Assembly: GCA_043767805.1 (NCBI GenBank)
Contig: JAYUGC010000197.1
Location: 1-45,242, forward strand
Length of the DNA: 45,242 bases
Direction: 5' to 3'
Origin: Pseudomonadota bacterium
Lineage (GTDB): Bacteria > Bdellovibrionota > FAC87 > UBA2466
Part shown: positions 1 to 8,836 of the stretch, one piece after another
How positions within the stretch are numbered: position 1 is the stretch's first letter
Layout of the letters: every line of letters begins with the position of its first letter
Notes under the pieces: generated by a model
Databases searched by the model: none
What the model was told of the DNA's origin: nothing
The model's input: the letters and a program-made list of their open reading frames with translations, nothing else
Position numbers and translations under genes: made by a program

Positions 1-98
1 TCTTGATTATCGCCGTCTCCATTGCTCACCTCCTGAAAAGAGGCTCTTACTACCAGATACTAAAAATTTGAAAATGTGGGGCGGGTGGACGATTTACG

Positions 99-512
99 AT
101 GAAACTCGTCATTCCGGATGCCATGCGAAAGCAAATCGAGAGGCTGCAGGAAGTGCGGGGGTGCTCGGCGCTGGAGGCGATTGGCTACGCCGTGTTCGAG
201 GCGCTGGAGCGGCGCGATCCGCTTCGCAAGGCCGAGCGCAATGCCGGTCGTAAAGCGACGAAGCCTTCCTCAAGGAAGGCTCACCGGCGCAAGCCCAGCG
301 CGCAGGTGAAGCATGAGGTGATGCTCAGGGACGAGGCTCAGTGCACGTTCCGGTACGCGGACGGTAAGCGCTGCGAGAACCGGAGGTGGCTGCACATACA
401 TCATGATAAGCCTTGGGGCGTGGGTGGGGACTCGAGTGCCGAAAATCTAGCACTCGTGTGCGCGCAACACCACCGAGTGCATCATCAGGAGGGTCCTACT
501 GACGCTCGTTGA
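99..512 (+). CDS. HNH endonuclease domain protein (short, probably N-terminally truncated)
   Basis: RDEAQC..GKRC..LHIHHDKPWGVGG..NLALVCAQHH is an HNH/Zn-binding signature; in-frame TGA at 69-71 limits upstream extension. Confidence 0.8.
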   Translation: MKLVIPDAMRKQIERLQEVRGCSALEAIGYAVFEALERRDPLRKAERNAGRKATKPSSRKAHRRKPSAQVKHEVMLRDEAQCTFRYADGKRCENRRWLHIHHDKPWGVGGDSSAENLALVCAQHHRVHHQEGPTDAR

Positions 513-975
513 AGGGCACCGCGAGGCGATACTCGGGGAACTGGGTGAGCGTCCAATAGCGGCGATGAACGGGGTCTTTGGTGGGCACCCATTTGGCCGA
601 GGCGGTGAGCATGTAGTTGGAACGCTTGTTCGCGCCAATCGCGGAGCCGGGAAGCACGGTGCCGGGAGCAAGTCCTTCGGGCGGCTCGGGGAGCGTGCCC
701 TTGGGCGTGGTGATGGTGAACACGCGTTTTTCTAAGTCCTTGTTGTAGACGACGTACACGCGCTCGGGCTGGAGAACCGCGCCGGGTGGAACCGCGAACT
801 TCTGGTCGGTCTCCACTTCGAAGTGCCAAATACCCGAGGTCTCTTTTGTCGTCGATTCAGAGTCGGACATCGCTTTGAGCTCGCCCAAGGCCACAATCTG
901 AGGGGCAAGCCAAAGGCAGACGCCTAACCAAACAAACTGCTCGAACTTAAGTGCCTTTTCCATTTTTTGACTCAC
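496..975 (-). CDS. hypothetical exported/membrane-anchored protein
   Basis: 159-aa ORF with hydrophobic N-terminus; GTGA overlap with upstream gene (alternative ATG at 963). Confidence 0.6.
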   Translation of the reverse strand: MSQKMEKALKFEQFVWLGVCLWLAPQIVALGELKAMSDSESTTKETSGIWHFEVETDQKFAVPPGAVLQPERVYVVYNKDLEKRVFTITTPKGTLPEPPEGLAPGTVLPGSAIGANKRSNYMLTASAKWVPTKDPVHRRYWTLTQFPEYRLAVPFNERQ

Positions 976-2261
976 TTATCCTCGACGAAGGCAGCCATGG
1001 AAATGGCCTCGTCCGTAGAACCTAGCTTATGTTGCTCGATGACTTCTTTGCTCGCGAACATCTCCGGCATCGAAAACACGACGTCCTGGGGCTTCGCCTC
1101 CTCGAAAGCGAGAGTCTTGGGCGGATCCGTTTTCTCCCCCACGAACCTTAAGCCCACGAGTTGCACTTCCTTGGGGCGAGTCGGAGAGGACTGAACCAAA
1201 GTAACGAGTGACTTGCGAAAATCGACTTGATTCTCGCACGCCGCAAAAATGAACTTTTGTTTGCCGCCCGGCAACGTAAAGGCGTCGTAGACGCGGTTGG
1301 GAAGCAATTTGCCATCGGGATTGGGAAGCTGGCGACCAAGAAACCGCGAACGAAGAATGGTGCTGCCATTCGGACCTGCCGTGCCCGAAAGCATCATCTT
1401 GCCTCTAAGAGTTCCCTGCTGATCTGTGAGCACGCGCAGGCATTCCGTGTCGTCCCCGGCCTGAGCGGGAACCCAGTGGTCGCCAACGGCGCGCACCGTA
1501 ATCTGATAGACGGAATGCGGAAGTAGTTTGCCTTTGTCCATACGGGCAGTCAGCGGCGACTTCTCTTCACCGCAGGCCTCGTAAACGGGTTCCGAAGTGC
1601 TCGCAGGGCGGCGGGTGCGGGGCGCGCTCGCCACTCCCGAGTCTTTGTGGTCGCCGTTAGAAGACCGTCGTTCCGCGGAAGAGTCGACCTCGTCCGCCAC
1701 GTCTTGATCGCGCTCCACTGGCTCATCCGCGCTTTTGGAAAATGACCTTCCGTGCACGTCTTTCTTCTTGATGAGCAGCTGGGTCGCCAAAACGACCGCC
1801 ATGCACTTCTTTTCGCGAGACTGCGGACTAGGAGTGTAAAATCGCACGCCATCCGCCTGACTCGGAAGTGGACAGGATCTCTCGGAAGCCTCGAAGGCCG
1901 CCGAGGCAGTCTTCAAGCAAAGCTTGTAGCTGTCGCAAAGCTTTGGATACGTTTCGCAAAGTTTCGCGGGCTCGACCGGCTGCATCTTTTGATAAAACCT
2001 CACTTGTACGCGCATCGCGGTCTGGAGTTCCGTCCAAGCGTCCTTGAAAGCATCCATCGTGCTTTCGACTAACCCTTTAGATTTTGGCTCGGCAGATTTG
2101 GAAGGGTTTCCGACGGTGACTTGAGAGCCGGCAGCACAGTCCGGACCGTCCTTGCTGTTACACGTTGCTGCCTTCGCGCCAAAACTAAGGAGCTTTTCCG
2201 TCGAATTCGCGAGGGCAACGAAGCTGAGCGAAAACACCAAGGCCAAGGAAAGTAGTTTCAT
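972..2261 (-). CDS. hypothetical secreted Cys-containing protein
   Basis: Signal peptide MKLLSLALVFSLSFVALA; ATGA overlap with upstream gene at 2258-2261. Confidence 0.75.
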   Translation of the reverse strand: MKLLSLALVFSLSFVALANSTEKLLSFGAKAATCNSKDGPDCAAGSQVTVGNPSKSAEPKSKGLVESTMDAFKDAWTELQTAMRVQVRFYQKMQPVEPAKLCETYPKLCDSYKLCLKTASAAFEASERSCPLPSQADGVRFYTPSPQSREKKCMAVVLATQLLIKKKDVHGRSFSKSADEPVERDQDVADEVDSSAERRSSNGDHKDSGVASAPRTRRPASTSEPVYEACGEEKSPLTARMDKGKLLPHSVYQITVRAVGDHWVPAQAGDDTECLRVLTDQQGTLRGKMMLSGTAGPNGSTILRSRFLGRQLPNPDGKLLPNRVYDAFTLPGGKQKFIFAACENQVDFRKSLVTLVQSSPTRPKEVQLVGLRFVGEKTDPPKTLAFEEAKPQDVVFSMPEMFASKEVIEQHKLGSTDEAISMAAFVEDK

Positions 2262-4165
2262 TTTTTAATCCCCTTCCCTTTACGTCGGGCAGCTTCCGCA
2301 CCGGCCGCCTCGCTCATCTGGACGGTCCTGGAAATGCTACTGCCCACGGACTCGGGAGCCGCTTTTCCCGCCGCACCACCGACAAGGTCTTCGCCCGCCG
2401 CCACGGTTTGGTTCGCCGCGCGCTCCGTATTGGCGCCCCGCTCGCGCCTTTCTTGCTCGACCGCTTTTTCGCGGTCCTCTTTGTCCGTACAAATCTTGGG
2501 ACCATTCTCGTTCAGGCGATCGGCGATCTCGTTGACCAGCTTGGGATCGGTGCGCGCCCGGTCTTCCAAAAGATTTCTGAGATTGGGATCGCCGGAGGCG
2601 AGCAGCCCGCGCGCCAATTCGTCGACCAATTTCTTGTGCGCCGCCGCTTCCGCTTCTTGAGTAGCGCGATCCAAAAGAGATCCAAACGAGCCTTGCGTGA
2701 TGGGAAGGCCGCCCTGATTCTGGCCCTCGGCCGCGATGCCCGCGAGCTGACCCGCGCTGAGCCCAGCCGACGTAGGCCCGGAAGCATTGAGCGCTTCGTT
2801 CAAAGCGCTCGCCACCTGCGAAGAGCGATCGCCGCCAGCCGCCAAAGCGGAAGCCGCGACCCCGCGCACGCCAGGCGAGGGATCCGAAAGCGCCTTGCGA
2901 AAGGCGGGAGCAAATTCTTTTGACGCGACCCCTCGGCGCGGCTCGGAAGCGCTGGCCGGCTTCGTCGCCGAAGCGGGAGAGCGAGCTGCGTCCAGACCGG
3001 GCTCCTTCACCCCATCCTCGTTCGAGTTGTCGCTACCCAGCAGGCGAAGGGCGAGGGCCGCCTTTTCACGAAGCACGGCGTCCGGATCCTCGGCCATGAG
3101 ATCGGCCAAAGTTTTTCCGACCTCGCCCTTTTGCTCGGGCGGAACGGCCGGCATCGTCGACAGATTGTTGGGATTGCCGACCTGCACGAGAAGGTCGCGC
3201 ACGGCGCCCGGGCCCCAGAAAATTCCCGGAGAAGCGCCCCCGCCCAAAGTGCCGAAGCCGGCGAAGAGATTGATCGCTTCCTTACCTTTGCGCGCGAAGC
3301 ACTTGCGCGGCATCGCCCGCGCGACGCCGGTAGCCATGGCGTCCGTCGGCCTGAACTCGTCCAGAAAGCCGACGAAAGCGCGACGGCCTTTCCCGGAACG
3401 AACCCGGGTCATCTTGCCGAGAGAGAGAGCTTTCGGATCGTACTGCACGACGACCGCTTCGCCGCCTTCCTTACGCTCGGTGAAACGGTCGACGAACTGA
3501 TCGTAAAGCGTGCTGACCGAAGCCGAGCCGCTTTCCGAAGCCGCGTACGAAGCTTGATCTTTGAGAAAAGCGGCTCCCGTCTGAGTGAACAGTGAGAAAG
3601 ACTGCTTTCCCTTGGAGACGGACATGACCAAAAGTCCCGCCCCGCTGAACTTGTTCTCTCGGTGAAGCAGATACGTGCGGCTTCCCGGAAGCGCGACGGC
3701 CCAGCGCTCGGGCGCGGTGACCTCGGCCTTGCCGCAATCTTGGCTCACGCAACCCCGCTGACTCGGATCGTTCCAAATGGCGTGCAATTTTCGCGGCACC
3801 GGCGCGAGCTCCCAGCGCTCACGGGTCGAGGTGGCGCCTTCGTTCGCTTTAAAGGCCACCAAAGACTCGGCTTCGGACGACTTCCAAAGCTCCGCGCCGA
3901 ACCCCGGCACTTCCGCGTTCAACCGCACCAGGCGCGCGAGAATGTCCTCGAAGGACTCGCACTGAAATTTCGATTGGCCGTAATAAGTTTGGAGGGCTTT
4001 CTTGTACGCGGCGACTAGATCCGGCCGCGCGAGAAAATCCGAGAAGTCGCTGGCCTGGCCGACGACCTGCTCCAAAGCCTCGTAGGGCCCGGCGAACGCA
4101 ACGCCCGCAAGCCATAACGCCAGAAAGATCACGACGCGCCTTGTTTTCCCCATGCCCCTGTCCAT
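2258..4165 (-). CDS. secreted HEAT-repeat-containing protein
   Basis: Signal peptide ending AFA; HEAT-like units EDPDAVLREKAALAL and LSDPSPGVRGVAASALA. Confidence 0.75.
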   Translation of the reverse strand: MDRGMGKTRRVVIFLALWLAGVAFAGPYEALEQVVGQASDFSDFLARPDLVAAYKKALQTYYGQSKFQCESFEDILARLVRLNAEVPGFGAELWKSSEAESLVAFKANEGATSTRERWELAPVPRKLHAIWNDPSQRGCVSQDCGKAEVTAPERWAVALPGSRTYLLHRENKFSGAGLLVMSVSKGKQSFSLFTQTGAAFLKDQASYAASESGSASVSTLYDQFVDRFTERKEGGEAVVVQYDPKALSLGKMTRVRSGKGRRAFVGFLDEFRPTDAMATGVARAMPRKCFARKGKEAINLFAGFGTLGGGASPGIFWGPGAVRDLLVQVGNPNNLSTMPAVPPEQKGEVGKTLADLMAEDPDAVLREKAALALRLLGSDNSNEDGVKEPGLDAARSPASATKPASASEPRRGVASKEFAPAFRKALSDPSPGVRGVAASALAAGGDRSSQVASALNEALNASGPTSAGLSAGQLAGIAAEGQNQGGLPITQGSFGSLLDRATQEAEAAAHKKLVDELARGLLASGDPNLRNLLEDRARTDPKLVNEIADRLNENGPKICTDKEDREKAVEQERRERGANTERAANQTVAAGEDLVGGAAGKAAPESVGSSISRTVQMSEAAGAEAARRKGKGIKK

Positions 4166-4361
4166 AGAATAAAGGATGTCTCGAACCCTGTACGACTGCC
4201 TAGGAACTCATTCAGTATAACGCATGATGACAAGCGATAAAACAAAAAACAGTTTAAATTCGAGAGGTTACCGCATTCTTTCGGTCTTCACCCTAAGCAC
4301 TCTCGGAATACGAGTCGTAGCTGCCTCGTCCCTGGTCTCTTCGGAAAAGAAAGGTCGTTCC

Positions 4362-5060
4362 ATGAATCGTTCCTTTTGGTTGTCGGCTCTGGTCGGCTCC
4401 CTCGCCCTCGTCTTTACTTCCGCCTGCAGTAAGACGAACGGAATGGTCCTCGTCACCGCGAACGCGGACATCGGCACGACCGCGAATTTTTACATTGATC
4501 AATACGAGTCGAGTCTGAAGGAAACGACGAAGACGGTATCGGGGACAAAAACCACCGTTACCATTGCTCAGTCGAAGAACGCGATCCTTCCGGCGAACGG
4601 CGTGAACTTCTCGGAAGCCGTGGCCTACTGCAAGGCAGCCGACAAGCGCATCTGCACTACCAAAGAGTGGCTTACCGCGTGCGCGGGCCCCGAGAACAAA
4701 GGAGCGAGCGTTCAGCTCGCGCCCACCACTCCGGTTTCCATCGATACGCTTTGCTACGTGAACCGCGCTCCCGCCACCGGTGTATCTCCCACGCTCATCA
4801 AGACGGGCTCCTCGGTGACGTGCAGAACCGCGGGCATCAATATCTACGACCTCATTGGAAATGTTTCGGAGTGGGCCGCCGACGGCACCGACGGGTTCGC
4901 GATGGGTCCCCACGTAGGCTCGAAGGTCATCGATTCGAAATGCAGTTATTTCGTGAAGACGGACACGAACAATGACGGCATTGAAGAGACCGCGCTCGAT
5001 CCCACCGTGAACTCCGAGTACGTCGGGTTCCGGTGTTGTCTCTCGGTCACGGCGTCGTAA
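4362..5060 (+). CDS. FGE-sulfatase (SUMF1/EgtB/PvdO) domain lipoprotein
   Basis: Lipobox-like FTSAC; motifs FYIDQYE, EAVAYC..KRICT..EW..AC, IYDLIGNVSEW, GFRCC; start moved to ATG 4362 after AAGG. Confidence 0.85.
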   Translation: MNRSFWLSALVGSLALVFTSACSKTNGMVLVTANADIGTTANFYIDQYESSLKETTKTVSGTKTTVTIAQSKNAILPANGVNFSEAVAYCKAADKRICTTKEWLTACAGPENKGASVQLAPTTPVSIDTLCYVNRAPATGVSPTLIKTGSSVTCRTAGINIYDLIGNVSEWAADGTDGFAMGPHVGSKVIDSKCSYFVKTDTNNDGIEETALDPTVNSEYVGFRCCLSVTAS

Positions 5061-5064
5061 GCCG

Positions 5065-5967
5065 TTACTGAGAGATGCCCAGCATGCGTTGCTGGAGGAG
5101 CTGCTTCAACTGAGGGTTCATGCCTTCGAACATTTTGTCGAAGACAGGGCTCATCAGTACGAGAGCCTGGCGAAAGCACTGTCCCATCCGCTTCATGGCT
5201 TCCTGGTAGTTCGCGGGAATCGGATTCGCGCTATTTTTCAATCCCACCGCCGTCGAGCAAGCCGTGTAGCCATACTTCGTCTTGGTAAATTGAGGATTGG
5301 TGAGCGTTCCCGTTCCGGACTCGGGACGATCCGTGAGACGGCCGGTAAACGGCGCGGTGTTCATCGTGCCGTCGCCTTGATTGGTCGCCTTCATCGTACC
5401 ACGGGTATCGCCGGCCACTTGATAAGTCGCGTTCGCGCCCGTTCCGGCGATGGTGAAATTCACTTTGCACGCTGCTTGATCTGTCGAGGCCCAAACGCCG
5501 AGGAGCGGTTGGCCCGGGAGCGGAGCGAGAGGAGCCGTACGGGTCGCGCACTCGGTCAGCATTTTTCCGGCGAGTGCCATCTTGGCCACGGCCACGTCGC
5601 GGCCTTTGGCTTCTTCATTCAGAAGGCGCTGAGCCTCGGCAAGCAGAGACTGAGACAGACCGCTCTGCGACCCTTGAGTCGGAGCTACTTTGGACTGCTC
5701 TTGATAAACGTTTTTCAAAGCAAATTGATCGGCCGCGGTGAGACCGCCGCCGGTGCCGCTGCCTCCGTTACCGCCCGTGCCCGTGGTTCCGGTGGTGCCG
5801 CCGAGGATGTTCGGGTCGATCTTGGTGCCCAAGCCGCCGTTACCGAAAAGATCGCCCCCGCCGGAATCCTTAGGAACGGGGCTGGAGCCGGATTTACCAC
5901 AGCTCGAAAGCACGATCGCCATCATCATGAGCGTAAACCAAGGAAGTAGTTTTCTAAGATGCCGCAT
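5065..5967 (-). CDS. hypothetical lipoprotein with Gly/Thr-rich linker
   Basis: MRHLRKLLPWFTLMMMAIVLSSC lipobox; GGTTGTTGTGGNGGSGTGGG linker; sigma-54 motif just upstream supports this start. Confidence 0.75.
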   Translation of the reverse strand: MRHLRKLLPWFTLMMMAIVLSSCGKSGSSPVPKDSGGGDLFGNGGLGTKIDPNILGGTTGTTGTGGNGGSGTGGGLTAADQFALKNVYQEQSKVAPTQGSQSGLSQSLLAEAQRLLNEEAKGRDVAVAKMALAGKMLTECATRTAPLAPLPGQPLLGVWASTDQAACKVNFTIAGTGANATYQVAGDTRGTMKATNQGDGTMNTAPFTGRLTDRPESGTGTLTNPQFTKTKYGYTACSTAVGLKNSANPIPANYQEAMKRMGQCFRQALVLMSPVFDKMFEGMNPQLKQLLQQRMLGISQ

Positions 5968-6017
5968 TACATGCCTCACGCAGGTAAAATTCAAAAGTCG
6001 GGTACAGCCCTCAAAAG

Positions 6018-6033
6018 TGCAAACCCCATGCCC
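6018..6033 (-). promoter_or_regulatory. putative sigma-54 (-24/-12) promoter for the lipoprotein gene
   Basis: Minus strand GGGCATggggtTTGCA, GG-N10-GC spacing, about 50 nt upstream of ATG 5967. Confidence 0.55.
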
Positions 6034-6239
6034 CGCTGTTAGGCACCTCGGCAAGGCGGCTTGGAATACACCAGGCGTTTAAGTTCCAGACGGATTCGAG
6101 GACTCTTCGGTTTTTCGCGTCGTTTTGAGGAGTTAGACCGTCCGCTCTTTGGACACCGGAGAACGTTGCAAGCTAAGTCATTGAATTCTTGATTTCTTTC
6201 GGATTCCCGGACGACATCATGTAGACTCATAGCATTCCC

Positions 6240-7232
6240 ATGAAAAGACCCAATTGGTTCACTTTAGGCGCCGCGTTTTTTGGAATCTGGGCTTTCGCCA
6301 ACACCGGCGTCACCCTAGGAAGGTACGGCTGGGACCAAGGCATGTACCTTTGGTACTGCAACGCCGCCCTTATCGCGACCGCGGTCGGGCTCGCGACGAA
6401 GAACCGTGGCTTACTTCTCGCGTTTCTCGGCGTCGGCACTTTCACCCAACCGCTCTACGTTCTCGATAGCCTCTGGCATCTCACCACCGGCGGAAGTCTC
6501 TTCGCCGTGGCCGAGTTCATGTATCAGCCGGGGATGCCCATGGGAGAGTTTCTGCTCTCCCGCTATCACTACTTCATGATCCCGGCGATGGTGCTTGCCC
6601 TTTGCTATCTGCCGAAAGGAAAAGATCGCTTAGTTACCTACATCGTCGCCTTCGAAGTGGCGATCTTCGGGCTCTCCTACTTCGCCTTTCCGATCGCTCA
6701 GAACGTGAACTGCATCCATGAGTCCTGCTTCGATTCTCTTCCCTACTCCGGACCAGGCTATGCGGTCGTGTTCTTCGCGATTATCCTAATCGGAAATTTC
6801 CTGGCGAGCTTCGCTTGGGACTGGGTGCTCGCCAAATGGACCGCACGGCCCGATTGGCGCAAACCGACCAAAATCATCTTCCTGGTTCTGATGAGCTTCG
6901 GGCTCGTGATGACCGTTGTGGACGCGGTCTATAAACGACGCATTCCGAAGCTCACGTGCGCGCCGCCGTTTGAGGACTCCGGCATCCGGGTCGAATGCCT
7001 TTTCATGCTGGAGAGCGATCCGGGACTCGTCGAGCTCACCTACTCCATCGAGAACAAGCTCGATGTCGCTCAACACTGCGATACGCGCGGAGATATGTTC
7101 GGCGAGTTCGAGGAGTTCGACGAGGGCATCTATCTCCGCCCCAGGGCAAAGCTCCAGCTCAAAGCCCTGATGCCCTACCCCGCGAAGGACTCCGTGTTGA
7201 GAGTCGCCGCGTCCTGCATCCGCATGCAGTAG
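6240..7232 (+). CDS. hypothetical integral membrane protein with C-terminal Cys-containing soluble domain
   Basis: About 7 hydrophobic segments followed by a ~100-aa hydrophilic beta-rich tail with 4 Cys. Confidence 0.75.
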   Translation: MKRPNWFTLGAAFFGIWAFANTGVTLGRYGWDQGMYLWYCNAALIATAVGLATKNRGLLLAFLGVGTFTQPLYVLDSLWHLTTGGSLFAVAEFMYQPGMPMGEFLLSRYHYFMIPAMVLALCYLPKGKDRLVTYIVAFEVAIFGLSYFAFPIAQNVNCIHESCFDSLPYSGPGYAVVFFAIILIGNFLASFAWDWVLAKWTARPDWRKPTKIIFLVLMSFGLVMTVVDAVYKRRIPKLTCAPPFEDSGIRVECLFMLESDPGLVELTYSIENKLDVAQHCDTRGDMFGEFEEFDEGIYLRPRAKLQLKALMPYPAKDSVLRVAASCIRMQ

Positions 7233-7237
7233 GGCCG

Positions 7238-8836
7238 TCAGTCCGGAAGAAAGACGGCGTGATTGCCAGTGTAGTTGAAGAAAGGCCCGCCCGCCCGCCT
7301 AAACCAGCGCAACATATAGGTCGACAGCACCAGAGTGTTGAGCGTGTTGACCTGCCCCGGAGTTTCTTTCCAGTTCGCGTTGTAGCTACAGATGAAGCCC
7401 ATGCCCTGGCGGCTCGAGATGCCGACTTTATCGGCGAAAGGCTTCATGTCGAACTTCGGATCGGGCGTGGCGAGCACGAAGGCGTCTTCATCCCGGGTGC
7501 TGACGTACACGCTCGCGTTCAGCCCCACCGAGGCCACCGTGCGCCGGACGCTGGAGGTGACTTCCGAGATGGTCATGAAGTTCGGATCGTCGAAGGAGAA
7601 GGACGGTCCCGCCTGAATGGCCGTGAAACCGGTCGGCTTCAAATGGCGCTTCACCTCGCTATAAAACTCCGAGGAGAAAAGCCGGGAGAGCGCGAGATTC
7701 TTCGGCGCCGGGAAATCGATGACGACCAGATCGTATTGCTCGTGCGTTTCCTTCACCCAGCGAAAGGCGTCGGTGGTAATGACGGTGACCCGCGGGTCGG
7801 AGAGCGAGTTCAAGTTGTAGCGCAGCACCGTCGGATCGTGGCGCGAGAGATCGATCATGTCGGGGTCGAGCTCGACCAAGGTCACGCTTTGCAAATTGGG
7901 CATGGCCACGAGGTTTCTCACCGCCAAACCGTCGCCTCCGCCGAGCACGAGCGCCTTACGCACCGGGGTGCCTTGGCTTTCGGCCGCCGCCGCGGGAACG
8001 TTTACGATGCAGATGTGATAGTTCTGCTCGTCGAGGGAGCTGAACTGCACGAACCCGTCGAGATAGAGCACGTGTTGCTTTAAGCCCGGAAAGAGCGACG
8101 CGTCGGTATCTTCCTCGGTGAGCACGATCTTTTGATAGTGGCTTTGACGGCTCACTAGGACTTTTGCTTCGCCCGCCGCCCCCATCCGGGGCGCGGATTT
8201 TTGATGTGAGGCCACATGGGCGGGAATGGGGGCGATGAGTCCGAGAGCCGCGAGCACTACCGGCGCACCCATGAAGATCCGGTTGAGCAGCATCAACGCG
8301 ATGGTCGCGGCGAGGCACGAGAGCGAGAGCACCAGCGCCGTTCGTCCATAGCCCAGCGGAATGAGGAGCACAAAAGTGAAAAGGAGCGTGAAAACGATGG
8401 CCGCCGTGTAATCGAGGAAAAACAGCCGAGACAGTTTCATTCCCGGAATTCCCTTTCCTATCCTCAGCGTGAGCGGGATGAGATTACCGGCGAGAATTCC
8501 CGAGAGAACGACTGTCGCGACCGGAAAGAACACGACGTTACCGAACTTCAGGATCATCAGGCGCAGAAAGGGAATGCTGAGGCCCGTCCATAGGGCGAGC
8601 AAACAAACGATCTCGAAAAGGAGCGAGAGGCTGACGTGCTTCCATTTCGACGAGAGCAGGCTTCCTAAGCCAAGACTGAGAAAGTAGAAGGCGACGTTAA
8701 TCGAAAAATAGTAAACGTCCTGGCTGTAGGTCGTCGACCAGAAGCCGGACACGAGCATTTGAGTGACGAAACCACAGCCCGATCCAATGACCGAAAGCAG
8801 ATAGAGCGTACGGCTGACAGGAAAGGGGCGAGTCAT
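7238..8836 (-). CDS. speE: membrane-bound spermidine synthase-like aminopropyltransferase (TM module + catalytic domain)
   Basis: SHYQKI, YLDGFVQFSSLDEQNYH, LVLGGGDGLAVR, VELDP, DAFRWV, DLVVIDFPAP; start MTRPFP at 8836 gives ATGA overlap with upstream gene. Confidence 0.85.
   Translation of the reverse strand: MTRPFPVSRTLYLLSVIGSGCGFVTQMLVSGFWSTTYSQDVYYFSINVAFYFLSLGLGSLLSSKWKHVSLSLLFEIVCLLALWTGLSIPFLRLMILKFGNVVFFPVATVVLSGILAGNLIPLTLRIGKGIPGMKLSRLFFLDYTAAIVFTLLFTFVLLIPLGYGRTALVLSLSCLAATIALMLLNRIFMGAPVVLAALGLIAPIPAHVASHQKSAPRMGAAGEAKVLVSRQSHYQKIVLTEEDTDASLFPGLKQHVLYLDGFVQFSSLDEQNYHICIVNVPAAAAESQGTPVRKALVLGGGDGLAVRNLVAMPNLQSVTLVELDPDMIDLSRHDPTVLRYNLNSLSDPRVTVITTDAFRWVKETHEQYDLVVIDFPAPKNLALSRLFSSEFYSEVKRHLKPTGFTAIQAGPSFSFDDPNFMTISEVTSSVRRTVASVGLNASVYVSTRDEDAFVLATPDPKFDMKPFADKVGISSRQGMGFICSYNANWKETPGQVNTLNTLVLSTYMLRWFRRAGGPFFNYTGNHAVFLPD

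Noticed and set aside
4362..5060. Diversity-generating retroelement target (FGE/CLec fold ending GFRC)
   Set aside because: No reverse transcriptase and no template-repeat copy of the 3' end seen in the window
5740..5805. Repetitive GCC/ACC-rich DNA
   Set aside because: Encodes the Gly/Thr linker of the lipoprotein; not an independent repeat array
6995..8083. 362-aa plus-strand ORF
   Set aside because: Overlaps the membrane protein gene and is antisense to the SpeE-like gene; no recognisable motifs
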